A stretch of 64,000 nucleotides of DNA, taken from contig MU061578.1 of the NCBI GenBank assembly GCA_013265495.1, positions 1,745,308 to 1,809,307 on the forward strand, written 5' to 3'. Made by a program: the position numbers and the translations under genes. Positions 38,470-50,215 of the stretch are shown here, one piece after another. Within the stretch, counting starts at the first letter, position 1. Every line of letters begins with the position of its first letter. This DNA is from Vicugna vicugna (taxonomy: Eukaryota). Below the pieces are notes generated by a model. It did not search any database, was not told where the DNA came from, and was given only the letters and a program-made list of their open reading frames with translations.

Positions 38470-39460
38470 GGGATTCTCTTTCATCTTCTCCTTCCCTCCC
38501 TGTCCATTCGGTTCATCTAGTTCATAAATGAGTTCTGCACACTCTACCCAAAACACACCCACCCACGGGACTTTGTTTCCAAGGCTATCACCTTCCATCA
38601 GGGCACTATGACCTCTTTCTGGAGCGATGATTACTCTTTATTCCATTTTTGTCCTCCTCCTGTCCACCGGTTCATAACAGACAGAGTGATCTTTTAAAAA
38701 TGTAAAGCAAATCATGATCCACCCCAAACCCCATGTAAAATGTTCAGGGCCTTTCTATGGAACCCAGAATAAAATGCAAACATCTTGCATGCTTGCAAAT
38801 CCAACTTCAGCGGTTTTCAACTGAAGGAGATCTTGCCGTGCCCGGAGGGGACGTGTGGAAATGTCTGGGAATGCTTGTGGTCGTCACAACGGGAGGACGG
38901 GAGCGTGGCACCTGGTGGGTGGAGCCAGGGGCGCTGCTATACATCCTGCGGTGTACAGGACAGCCCCACAGCAAAGAGCACCGAGGCTGAGAAACGCTCT
39001 CTGTGAGATCCATTGCCCACTCACCTCTCCAAGCGCATCTCATGCTGCTCCCTGAACTCCAGTAAAAGCCACCACACCGGCTCCCTCTGGGTCCCAGTAC
39101 CACTCAAAGCTTGTTCCCACCTTAGAGTCTTCGTGCTAATCATTCCTTCACCTTGAAATGCTTCCCCGACATCCTTTGTCCTGTGGATTTTAGCTTAAAA
39201 TTCTCTCTGTTAAACCACCTTGAATCCCCAAGCTTAAAACCCTACCTAGCCACTTACTGTCACATCAACTAATGTCAATCCACAGTATATTTTCATTTCA
39301 CTTAAATCATAACTGAAATCACAGCCACGTGTTTCTTACATGTGTATTTATTTCAGTCACCTAGTAAATTACATTTTCCATCCTGACAGAGAACTCCTCT
39401 TTTCCCCTCTGTTTTATTCCCAGAAACTTAGTACCTGATATATTTGAGTGATTCAATACA
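38470..39460 (+). mobile_element. L2 3' region (host of MER20)
   Basis: CAGAGTGATCTTTTAAAAATGTAAAGCAAATCATG, CCCAGAATAAAATGCAAAC and tail TTTTATTCCCAGAAACTTAGTACCTGATAT. Confidence 0.7.
38808..39000 (+). mobile_element. MER20 nested in L2
   Basis: CAGCGGTTTTCAACTG...GGGGACGTGTGGAAATGTCTGG...ACAGGACAGCCCCACAGCAAAGA...GAGGCTGAGAAAC. Confidence 0.9.
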
Positions 39461-39484
39461 TTTTTTTCAAAATTTAACAGACAC

Positions 39485-39930
39485 ATTTTTTAGCTTTTAT
39501 GAAAACTTTTTCTTTAAGAAGAGATTTAGATATATAGAAAAGTTACAAAAATAGTAAAGTTCCTCTATACCCCCCATCTGATCTTCTATTTTGATCTGAC
39601 ATTAGTGTAGTGTATTTATTATAACTTGTGGACATGTTTTGCTATGCTGTTATTAACCAAAGTCCATACTCTATTCAGACTTCCTTAGTTTTTACCGAAT
39701 GTCCTTTTTCTCTTCCAGGACCACATCGAGGATACCACAGTGCAGTAAGTTGCCAGGTCTCCTTAAGCTGTGAGAATCTCTTTGACGTTCCTTATTTTTG
39801 TCGACATGGACAGTTTTGAGAAATACTGGTCAGATATTTTGTAGAATGTCTCTCAATACGAATTTATCTGATGTCTTTCTCATGTTCACATTATGGGTTT
39901 GGGGGAGGAAGACCATGCAGATAAAGTGAT
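39485..39930 (-). mobile_element. Old L1MC/MD-like 3' end
   Basis: GACAGTTTTGAGAAATACTGGTCAGATATTTTGTAGAATGTCTCTCAAT and TTATGGGTTTGGGGGAGGAAGACCA. Confidence 0.8.
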
Positions 39931-40002
39931 GAGATGCCTCAATAATAATAATTCATCAATAATAAGTAATTATTTATTTGAAAGAAATAATATTCTCAAA
40001 GT

Positions 40003-40003
<1 letters not shown>

Positions 40004-40033
<30 letters not shown>

Positions 40034-40034
40034 A
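40004..40034. repeat. (AAAAC)n microsatellite
   Basis: About five tandem AAAAC units. Confidence 0.9.
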
Positions 40035-41223
40035 CTAGGTAGGTCCCTGCACTGTCTCCTTGTCTATGTTATCATAGATACTGAACTCAAGTTCAGTATC
40101 TGGGGTGGGGGGGGGCAGATTTTTACCTGTGCCTCTGAGCCTAAAAAATAATTAGAATGGTAGAAGAGCTACGTGGAATGACTTGGTTGTATGGATATGC
40201 AAATACATCTAATGCATGAGCATAAACAGGAACACGAATATACACAGGCATAAAGTGTCAGTAGTTACAGCCAGCCCTGTAGTGAACAGATGAGCATCCA
40301 CGCAGGGGATGATGGACAGCGCCCTCAGCCCGGGCTGCTCCCACGCATCCTTCATTTCACAGCCATGAGAAGCTGGGGCCCCAGAACTAAAGCAGTTCAG
40401 CCCAAACAGACTATGCCTGGCCTTCCAAACAGGTGACAGATCAGCCACTGGCCAAGTTTCCCCGGCACTGCTGCACGTCTGCCAGACACTTTGAGATGGA
40501 GACTCGGACGGCAGTCCACGTAAGTCACCTGACTCTGAGGTACAATCCCAGGATCCCTAAGCTGGAGGAGGCAGCTTCATTTTTTACCACAAGTCTCACT
40601 AGTCCACAGCCTGAGTTCTCCTGGGCGCAGCCCGAGGTCATAGTGTCCCTGGGCCTCCTGGTCCACGTGTATTTGCCTGGCAGTTGGAACCTGGGCTGAA
40701 TGTTTGAGCAGGGTGGTCGTCTCTGATTAGCAGGGAGAAACACCTATCCTGTGTTTACTTCTGTCATTCAATTTCAGAATCAAAACAGCACAGGACTAAG
40801 TGAGCCTTCATTTGAAAGTTGTGGGAATCGAGCCACAGACGGGATGGAGGTGAAGAAATACAATATTCAAAAGCCAGGTTCCCACTTTCATGATGATGTA
40901 TTTAATGATCTTATTTTCTTGAACACTATCAAGGAAAAAAGATATGATGTGGGTTAATGATTGAGAAGTCTTTTAAACAAGAAGCAAAGGCTTTGCGGTG
41001 ACATGCCAGTGGTGTACAGTCTGCTATGACAATGCACGCTGTTCCCTCCATGCACAGTCGTGTGCGTGTCTGTCTGTGTTCCTCCATCACTCTCTCCTTT
41101 TCCCTGCCAGCACTCCCACGAGCAGGAAAAAAGGAAGATGGCAACCCTTCATCCAAGTCCCTGTGGTGTGCGTATCCTGAGAGCTCCCTATGGTGAACTG
41201 AAAGTATAATGAGACCCTGCCAC

Positions 41224-41881
41224 TGTTAAAACTCTCCTGGTTGCAACTGGCTAAAACTGCAAAGCCAAGCTGGCTTCAGAGAAATAAAACAAAGAGGACA
41301 TTTACTAGTTCAGGCAACTGGGTAGCTCAAGGTGTAGAGGTATTCAGGCTTGGCTGGATTCAGGGACTTTTTAAATGATGTCACTGGGCCCTGGTTTTTC
41401 TGTCTCATAGTTCCATTCCCCAGGAATGTGGGTTTCCTTCTTAGGTGCCACATGGTGCCAAAAGGGCTGCAAGCAGCTTCAGACCTACATCCTCCTAAGT
41501 TCAAGTAAAAAGTTTAAAGTCCCACAGACTTCATCTCACTGGTTCTGATGGGCACACATGCTCAGCTTCCAAGAATCATGATGGTTGGGAAGGGAACCCT
41601 CCCACACTGGTGATAGGAATGTAATTTGGTGCAGCCACTATGGAAAACAGTATGGAGATTCCTTTAAAAACTAAAAATAGACATAATATAACCTTGCAAT
41701 TCCACTCCTGGGCACATATATAGGGGGAACTCTAGTTTGAAGATACATGCACCCTAATGTTTATAGCAGCACTATTTACAATAGCTAAGACATGGAACCA
41801 ACCTAAATGTCTATCGACAGATGAATGGATAAATAAGTTGTGGTCTGTCTGTCTGTGTGTGTCTGTCTGTGTGTGTATGTA

Positions 41882-41914
<33 letters not shown>

Positions 41915-42500
41915 GAATATATATTCATATATATATGAATATTATTCAACCATAAAAAAAGAATGAAGAAATGCCATTTGCAGAAACATGGATGGACCTA
42001 GAGATTATCATACTAAGTGAAGTAAGTCAGACAGAGAAAGACAAATACCATATGATATCACTTATACGTGGAATCTTAAAAACTGACACAAATGAACTTA
42101 TTTACAAAACAGAAAGGAACCCGCAGACATAGAAAACAAACTTAACAGCGACCAAAATGGAAGCAGAGAGTAGGGGATAAATTAGGAGTCTGGGGTTAGC
42201 AGCTACAAACTGGTTATATAAAATAGGTAAACAACAAGGTCCTACTACACAGTACAGGGAACTATTCAATATTGTATAATAACCTATAATGAAGAAGAAC
42301 ATGAAAAAGAATATATATATATATGTATACGTCTAACTAAATCACTATGTTGTACACTAGAAACTAAGACAACACTGTAAATCAACTATACTTCAGATAA
42401 AATATCATGATGACTGGGGTTCACATGGCTTTGATTGGCCAGGTGTCAGTCACATGCTCCTTCCCCGGAGACTGAGAAAGGGGACCAGAGCTGGACCAGA
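41224..42500 (-). mobile_element. MaLR LTR (MLT1J/K-like) split by an L1 insertion
   Basis: ACTCTCCTGGTTGCAA, TTCAGGCTTGGCTGGATTCAGGGACT left of the L1; TTTGATTGGCCAGGTGTCAGTCACATGCTC right of it. Confidence 0.65.
41590..42400 (+). mobile_element. 5'-truncated L1 with degenerate 19 bp TSD
   Basis: ORF2 end (MFIAALFTIAKTWNQPKCLSTDEWI) and 3' UTR; TSD AAGAATCATGATGGTTGGG (41571-41589) vs AAATATCATGATGACTGGG (42400-42418), 15/19 identical. Confidence 0.95.
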
Positions 42501-43169
42501 AGTCACAAGGGCTGAGAGTGAGGGAGGAGAAGCCCCTGAAGGAAAGCTGAGCCTTACAGAAGAAGGGAGAATGAATTCTGGGCTGTAGAGCTGACAGAGG
42601 CACACTCTGCACTGAAGCCACAGACACACCTGGCTCTGAGGGAGCACAGAGTCCTGAGTGCAGAGAAGTTGACAGTATAACAGTCAGGTGACCTGGGCAG
42701 CAGTGCGAGGGCTGATCCTTTCTTTGTTTCCCATAACCCTGAGCTGGTGACTGATTTATGAGCCTGTAAGCAGATTTCTCATCCCCCAGTATCTTGAGTT
42801 TAGATTGACAGTAATGGCTTTATGTTTTAGACCTTTCACTTTAAAAGGTTTTTCCTGATCAAGCCCTCTTATTTCTAAGATAGCCTTCTCCTACGAGCAA
42901 GACTTACAAGTCGAGTGGCACAAGGACAGCAAATCACCAGTGAGAACCACCACAGGCTCATGGTGCTCTGGGTGGGACCCACCATCGCACAGGGAGGGGT
43001 GCCTCAGCTGGGTTTACCCGACAGGAAGCTAGGAATGTGGGTCCTCATGGGAGGTGAGTGGTGTGATAAGTAAGCACCACGGATGAACTTAAAAAATCCC
43101 CTCATTCCCAAGGCCAAGTGTTCATGCATCAGGGCCGCTCGTCCTAAACGGCTCAGATTCGGGATGGTC

Positions 43170-43800
43170 ATTTGACTGGACCGTGCCTTCCATCACTTCC
43201 CTTTGCAGTGCACATGAAGGCTGAGTCCCTCTCCCACACCTCGCTGTGAGCCCCGCTACACCGTCTCTGGGTACCTCTGGGAGCCTCATCTTTAGGCATC
43301 TTCCACCACCCTAGCTACTCTCTCTGAGCCGTTCAATCATCCAGATTCCTTAACCTGCAATTCCTCAAACAACCCAAGCTCTTTCCAGCTCTTTCTCACC
43401 ATCAACGCTACCCTTCCTCCCCTCTGTCTTCTCATGAATAGACCTTTTGCTTTCTGCTTAAACAGCAACTCAGAGAGCTTTGTGGGCCTCCCTACCCCCA
43501 AATATCCCATCTCCCACAAACATTCATTTAACAAATCACTGAGTACCTACTATGTTTCAGACACTATTTTAGGAACAGGAGATACTGAAAGGACTCCTCG
43601 TGTCTCTCTTCGTGGTGCCTTGGTCCCCTGCACGTGCGGTTCACACTGTGTGACAGCTTCACTTAGGTGCCCGTTTATTTGTGATGGCTTGTCTGTCCCT
43701 CCCGCTAGGTCATAAGCTGTGAACGTGCAGGAGTCGTGTTTGACGTATGACCACTGGGACTTAGTAGCTGCCCAGTAATTATCAGCTGAATGAATGGAGG
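43170..43800 (+). mobile_element. L2 3' fragments, with an opposite-strand L2 tail at ~43520-43590
   Basis: Terminal CCCAGTAATTATCAGCTGAATGAATGGA; internal CATTCATTTAACAAATCACTGAGTACCTACTATGTTTCAGACACT. Confidence 0.65.
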
Positions 43801-44169
43801 ACTTGGACTCCCTCAGGCTCATTAATATACAAGAAGCGGATAAGAACTGACAGCAGGAAATAATCTCAAAGGTTAAGGAAAGGCCCACAAAAGAGTGCAG
43901 GAATTACCCCTATGGGTACTGCTTCGTCCAACCAAAATGCCCTGCCCAACTCACGATGCCGTCAGTTTTACCTGTGATCGTACGATCAGGAGAATCGCCA
44001 GCCAGATGAAGTTGGGAAATGTGTTCCAGAACGGAATTCCCAAGGGTAGTTGCGGGAGGCCGTCCCATGCAAAGATCTCAGGGCCGTACTCGTCCCAGAA
44101 CTAGCATCTCAGCCACCTGGCGCTAGAATTTGGTATTTTACAGCAACTGGATCATCTCCTTGGCTTGTT

Positions 44170-44400
44170 GCTAATAACTGAGAACTCGTGATGCTCCAAT
44201 TTCTTTACTAAGCACTTTACAAGCATTAACTGGCTGAGTTTTCACAACAGTGTTATGAGCTTGGCTAATTATTATTCCCATTTTCAAGATGGATCAGTTG
44301 AGGCAAAAAGAGGTTCAGTAGCAGAAGGAGCTCAGCTGGTCAGCAACAGAGTCGGGATATGAACACAGACCCATGTCCCCAACCACCAGGCAACACTGAT
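44170..44400 (-). mobile_element. MIR SINE
   Basis: TTATTATTCCCATTTTCAAGATGGATCAGTTGAGGCAAAAAGAGGTT. Confidence 0.8.
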
Positions 44401-46711
44401 AACCTCCATCACATACGCACAGGGGGCAGGGCTCGGCAAACTTTCCTCGTTTGATCTACTGGTTTGATCTGGACCACACCATGAGCATCTTCCCCTTTGA
44501 ATCTGAGCATTATCCATGCATTACTTTCCAGTACATGTGAGTGTGAGAACCTTTGGAAGGGCAGGCTTTTAGAAGGGGATGTGCGGGGCGGGGGGAGCAC
44601 TTGTGGACAGCACCCACCAAACAGGGTAAGACAAACTCAGATCCGGCTGTAATTTATGCAGAAACAGAACCATCTCCAGTGTGAGTTTATTAAGGGAGGC
44701 TGCCCGCTGGCTAGTTCCGAGGGATGGGCACTCTTCACTTAGAAAGCAAACGTCCCAGGACATGGGCTGACCAAGAGCCCGGCCGGGCTAGGGAGGAACC
44801 GTAGGCTACAGCAGATCACAAAAACAGCAAAGCTGGCTGCCTCGCTCTTTAATTAAAACGCCACATCCAAACGCCACGAGACGGAGGCGCTTAGAAACTT
44901 GTTCACACATTTACAAAGAGGCCTGGAAGATTAAATTCTTCATTCACTCCTTCAAAGAAAGAATTCTGTGATTGCATAAGCAGATGAATTAGATGACCTC
45001 TAAAGTCCTTCGTACCCCGAGATTCTACAACAAGGCATGGGAGTAATTGTGAGAGGTCCATTTCTCCTTCAACGTCCATTCTTGAGAAGCCCCGCATGGC
45101 TCAGGTAAGATATAAAGGAGACACGTCTAAGCCTCTGGGAGGGAAATACATACAGGGAGAAAAATGCAGGATGAAATTAAAGTAGGAGTGACATTGCTCC
45201 GTGTCGCCCGGGCCGAAGCCAGTTGAATCCTATGTGTGAGTGGGGCGGGAGGAACACATCTGACTGCAATATTAGTGTATTATATTTATCTTTCTCCACA
45301 AATAAGATGATGATTGGATTCAAATCACATTTCAAACAGGATTCACTGCCGAAATGTCAAAAATGAGGTAGCACTCAACTCTGGCAAAACCTTGAAATCT
45401 GTCCCATAAAAGGCAATTTCAGCAGAAAGCCTGGTTAACCTTGAATAGTTAGATTAATGATCCGGCACCTTTCAACTGAGCGTCGATGAATAAACAAAAC
45501 TTTACAAGCAAATTTAGCAACATCTTTGAAGAAGAAAAGCCAAACCAATCAAGAAAGATGAATGGCGGGGAGACAGAAACATTTCGGAGCAGAGCAAGAA
45601 TGACAGCCACAGTGAGTGTCGTGCAGAGAATGAGAAATCGTCTCTTCCCTGAAAATCCCCGGGCTGGAGTGGATCTGCTCTGCTTACAAACAAGACGGTA
45701 ACATCCACCAAAACAAAACAAAACAAAAGACATGCCCCCCGACCCTCAATCCCACAGTAATTTCTTGGACTTTGACAATTGGGTTTAAAATCTTTGGTTG
45801 TAACCACTTAACTTCTCTTGCCTGCTGCGCTGTCTTTCCAGGAGGGGTGTGGTACATTCAGTGCGTCGATCCTGTCCCTACCAAATTAAAGCAGCAAGAT
45901 GGAAAAGAGAACTCTATAACTGCACAGATGGCCCCAGGACAGAAAGGAGACACACACATTGTGCTTCTGTGTCCCCCAGATCACATGGCATCCTGTGTGA
46001 GGGTGTCTGGCAGCGGAGGGGGACAGGCAAAGGATGCCAAGTCGAAGAGCTTCGGTTTTACTTTAGCTGTGGCCTGTAGCATCACTCAGGTTTGATATCT
46101 ACCTCCTCCAGGCGGCATTACGACCCTCTCTTTGAAAATAAGAAAGCCAGATCTTCTTGGAATATGAACCAGGATTTGGGGGAGTGAAACTCACACTGGA
46201 CACTTCTTGCTGAGAAGGTGAACGACTCAGACAGCACGTGTCCGCGAGCCCCCGACAGCCTCCACGCACGCCGTGAGCTCCAGGTGTCAACCGCTCCTGC
46301 CCGCTCTTGGGGACTTGCTGCCTCTGCAGCTGGGCTGGTGCTGGCCATTGCGGAAATGCTGGCGGGTCGGGGTGCAGACTCCTCTAGGTCTCTCGGGTCC
46401 CATCTCCTGCTTCAGGGAATAACTCGCCCTTGTCATGGGCTTGGGACTGGGCGCATTTTCCAACCCCTTCCGTGAAGCCAGGCTTCTCCCCACTACACAG
46501 CCAAGACAGCTGAGGCTCAAGGTCACTCTATTCATTAGTGGGAGGCTCAAGATCCAGTGACCCCAAATCTACTATAGCTAATCCTCGCTGAGGCTCCTCC
46601 CCGACTCTGCAGGAAGAAGGTGCAAAGACAAATTACGCCACCCCACCCTCTTTCTTCCGCAACAGGACATAGGTGTTTATTATGTTGCAGTCTGGATGCT
46701 AGGCTTGGGGA

Positions 46712-47040
46712 CAGGGGTTGACACGTGATGGCTCTCGGGCCACCAACACCCTGCCTGTTTTTGTATGGCAAAAAAAGGGTTTTTACCATTTGAAGTAGTT
46801 GGGGGAAAGAAAAAAAAGCAAAGGAAAAATAATATTTTATGACATGAAAATTACATGAAGTTTAAATTTCAGCAGCCATAAATAAAGTTTTATTAAATCA
46901 CAGCCATGCCCTTCCACTCACACGTCATCCCTGCTCTCATGTTACTAAGGGGGGCGTCGAGAGGCACCGGGGACCCTGTGGCTTACAAGCCTAAAATACA
47001 TATTATCTGGCCCTTTGAGGAAGAAGTTTGGAAAGTCCTG
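46712..47040 (+). mobile_element. MER58B-like hAT-Charlie transposon
   Basis: CAGGGGTTG start, CCATAAATAAAGTTTTATTAAATCACAGCCATGCCC, end TATCTGGCCCTTTGAGGAAGAAGTTTG...CCTG; ~330 bp. Confidence 0.85.
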
Positions 47041-47140
47041 CCCTAGGAGACAGCAGTGGATACAATTTGACATCCAGTAGGTGGAGCCCAGATGCTAAGA
47101 CAGAGCTAGTGACTCCCCCGCCACCCCCAAGGATTAGTAC

Positions 47141-47237
47141 GGGGTTGGGGGTGTATAGCTCAGTGGTAGAGCACATGCTTAGCATGCATGAGACCCTGGG
47201 TTCAATCTCCAGCACCTCCACTTAAAAAAAAAAAAAA
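47141..47237 (+). mobile_element. tRNA-Ala(AGC)-derived SINE (camelid vic-1 type) or retroposed tRNA copy
   Basis: GGGGGTGTATAGCTCAGTGGTAGAGCACATGCTTAGCATGCATGAGACCCTGGGTTCAATCTCCAGCACCTCCA with A box (47156-47166) and B box (47199-47209), A14 tail, TSD ATTAGTAC (47133-47140, 47237-47244). Confidence 0.9.
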
Positions 47238-47584
47238 TTAGTACAGTCACTCAAACTGCCAAGCTGCAAACCCCCGCCCATTCTGACCTCTATCTCCTGA
47301 TTCCCCAAAAAGTCACCAAGTCCACCACCCCTCACTCCTGAAGCATCTAGAGTCCAACCCCTCTGTCTGTCATGGATCAGTCCCCGCATCTCCCGTCCCA
47401 TTTCCCCCAATAAGGTCTCTCATGCTTCCCGCCCAAACCTTGCAGGTATCACCTCTCCCAGGCGTCCTCTGAAACATGTCTTCCATCATCACTGCATGCC
47501 GTAAGTCTCCCTGCAAGTCCACAGGAAGACGCCTGCGAAGACAAGTGATCACTGCGAAGACAAGGCCACTGCTTGCCTCGTCAA

Positions 47585-47850
47585 ACTAGTTAAAATAAGG
47601 AGGAATGACACCCTCCAGTGTTGGCACAGGTGTGTGAGAAGAGGTTCTCTCTGGATGCTGCTGGTGGGAGTACCAACTGGGAACACATCTGTAACAGGCT
47701 ATTGGGCAATATTTATTGAAACTGCGTATGTGTTTTCCTGTGGACCCCATCGTCCTCTTCTCAGGATCTACTACGGAGAAATACTTGTGTACGCCCCAAC
47801 GAGATTTGTTCAAGGACAATCACTCCAGTGATGCTTGTCAGAGGGAGCAA
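47585..47850 (+). mobile_element. Old L1ME-like ORF2 3' fragment
   Basis: CCAGTGTTGGCACAGGTGTG, TGCTGGTGGGAGT, GGCAATATTTATTGAAA, GAGAAATACTTGTG. Confidence 0.65.
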
Positions 47851-48399
47851 AGGAAAAAGGAAGCAGCAGCCTTAATGTGCACTTTATTCCACATCCAGAT
47901 TCGATTTAATGGCCCATAACTTTAACCATCCTCTATTCTTCCCCTAGAACTTCAACTCAGATGCCCTTCTGTGCTTCCATCTCTAGACCACCCAGCTGTC
48001 CCTCTCTTCTGGGTCGAGGTTGTAGCGACTGAGCTGTTCTTTATCAGAATAAGGAAAACCAAACACCACGTGGACCCACGTCATTCTAAGTGTGGGGTTG
48101 ACAGCCTCCTCTGTGCCCAGCCTGCTCCGTGGTCACCAGCCCCTTCCCAAGGAGAAGAAAGGTCGACCTTGACCCTGAAACTCACAGCTGGATTTCCAGG
48201 GCTTCGAGCCCAGAAGGCACCCAATAAAAGTCCCCTGCGTGAGCGCATCTCTGCTCCCATTTTCCATGTGGCTGTTAAAAAGCAGTGTCTGCTCTCCTCC
48301 CAACGTTAGCCTCCCCTACCTCTCGGAAGCCTCCTACTTCAGAAGAGATAATAAACAGCAATGAAGAGGATCTCTCTCCAAATCCTTGCTATAGAGACT

Positions 48400-49524
48400 G
48401 CGGGCTTCCTCACATCCAAACGTCCTTCTTTCTTCTGTGACGATGGGGAAGTCGTCCCTTAGGTGCCCCAGATCAACATTCTCCCTCCTGAAGTGGTCAC
48501 CCCGAGACCGCTGCTGCCCTTTCCCATTACTGAGACACGCTCCGGTATCTCCATCCAATGATCCTCTCTTGATCTCAAGTCTACACCTGCCTGCCTGTCT
48601 AAAGTCTCTCCTTTCTTTCACCACAAGGCTTAGCGAGTGTCTTAGTGTCTCTACTTTCTCACCTTCCACTCGCTCCTCAAACCCACCACCATCTGGCATC
48701 TGCCTGTCCTCATCATTACAGCATCACCCACGCTCTTCCTGTAGACAAATCCAACAGTCACATCCAAATCCTTCCACGATGCTACCTCTGGGAAATACCC
48801 AACAAGAATGACACTCTTTTCTTGTAAATTCTAACCCTCTGGCATCCATGACACAATATACCACACTCCTGGGTTGCCTCCTACCCCTCTGCTCATGCTC
48901 AGTTTTTTAGTGGGTTCTTCCTCTGCCTTCCTATGAACTCTGAATTTCCCTAGCCTTCTGTTCTGGGTAGGACAATCACTCAATTTACTTTCTGAACTAG
49001 GACACACTAGCATCGAGAAGAGGTGCTATTAGAAATTATGCTGACTAGCCAAGACATGGAAGCAATCTAAATGTCCATCAACAGACGAATGGATAAAGAA
49101 GGTGTGATGTGTATGTATGTATACACACATACACATGCACAATGGAATACTACTCAGCCATTAAAAAAGAATGAAATAAATGCCATTTGCAGTACCATGG
49201 ATGGACCTAGAGATCGTCATACTAAGTGAAGTAAGCCAGAAAAAGAAAAATAAATACCACGTGATATCACTTATATGTGGAATGAAAAAAAAAAAGACAC
49301 AAATGAACTTATTTACAAAACAGAAACAAACTCACAGACATAGAAGACAAACTTATGATTACCAGGGGGGAAGGATGGGGTGGAGGGATAAATTGGGAGT
49401 TTGAGATTTTCAGATACTAATTACCAGGTAGATAAATAGCAAGGTCCTACTGTGTACCACAGGGAATTATATTCAATACTTTGTAATAACCTATAATGAA
49501 AAAGAATGTGAAAAGGAATACATC

Positions 49525-49558
<34 letters not shown>

Positions 49559-50215
49559 CATAGATAGATAGGTAGATATCTGAATCACTACGCTGTACAC
49601 CAGAAATTAACACAACACTATAAATCGACTATACTTCATTAAAAAAAAAGAAAGAAATACTGCCGAAGTAACAGGCATAAAGCGGCAGCAGCCCAGGTCG
49701 CCAGGATGCACAGCAACCCTCATTCTTGGACCTTATCTCTGCCTCTGCCTCTCTCCCAGGGAAGTACCTGGCATTCCCACAGCGTCAAGTCCCATTGCCC
49801 CTCTGATGACTTCTCAATCAGATACCTGTATCCAAATCTCAGCTGGGTCTCCTGTGGGAGCCGGAAGCCCAACATTTCCACAATGAGCTCAACATCTTTC
49901 CCCTCAAACCTACTCTTTAAGTTCAGCACAAGTGACCCCCATCCACTCAAATATCCAGTTTGGGACACCAGGCATCCTCCCGCCGCCTCCTCAGTCCTAA
50001 CACGCAGTCACCAACTCTTCCCATCTTTCATGTCAAGAGTTCTCCTATTTATGTAATTCTTTCTTTCTCGGCTGCTACTTTCTGCTCCCAGGGCCAGTCT
50101 TCTCTCAATAGGATTAATGCTACAGATTGCAACCTTGTCCCCTTACCTCCATTTCTGCAAATCCCCTCCCCTCCCAGATCCTTTTACGCACTCTAGGAAA
50201 AGTACGCTTCCTAAA
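48400..50215 (+). mobile_element. L2 RT-region remnant interrupted by an L1
   Basis: CTCCTCAAACCCACCACCATCTGGC (PLQSGF-like), CCACACTCCTGGGTTGCCTCCTACC (LSWFSSY-like) and CTGATGACT (~49803, ADD-like) occur in RT order on either side of the L1. Confidence 0.7.
49046..49652 (+). mobile_element. 5'-truncated L1 with degenerate TSD
   Basis: ORF2 tail (MPFAVPWMDLEIVILSEVSQ), 3' UTR, A-tail; AGAAATTATGCTGA (49031-49044) vs AGAAATACTGCCGA (49653-49666), 11/14; internal (TA)n(GA)n microsatellite. Confidence 0.95.

Noticed and set aside
38922..38938. CTCF-like GAGCCAGGGGCGCTG inside MER20
   Set aside because: Only a partial match to the core; much weaker than the site at 28788.
47146..47220. Functional tRNA-Ala(AGC) gene
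   Set aside because: A-tail, TSD, altered 5' end, apparent CpG decay and no adjacent T-run terminator indicate a retroposed SINE.
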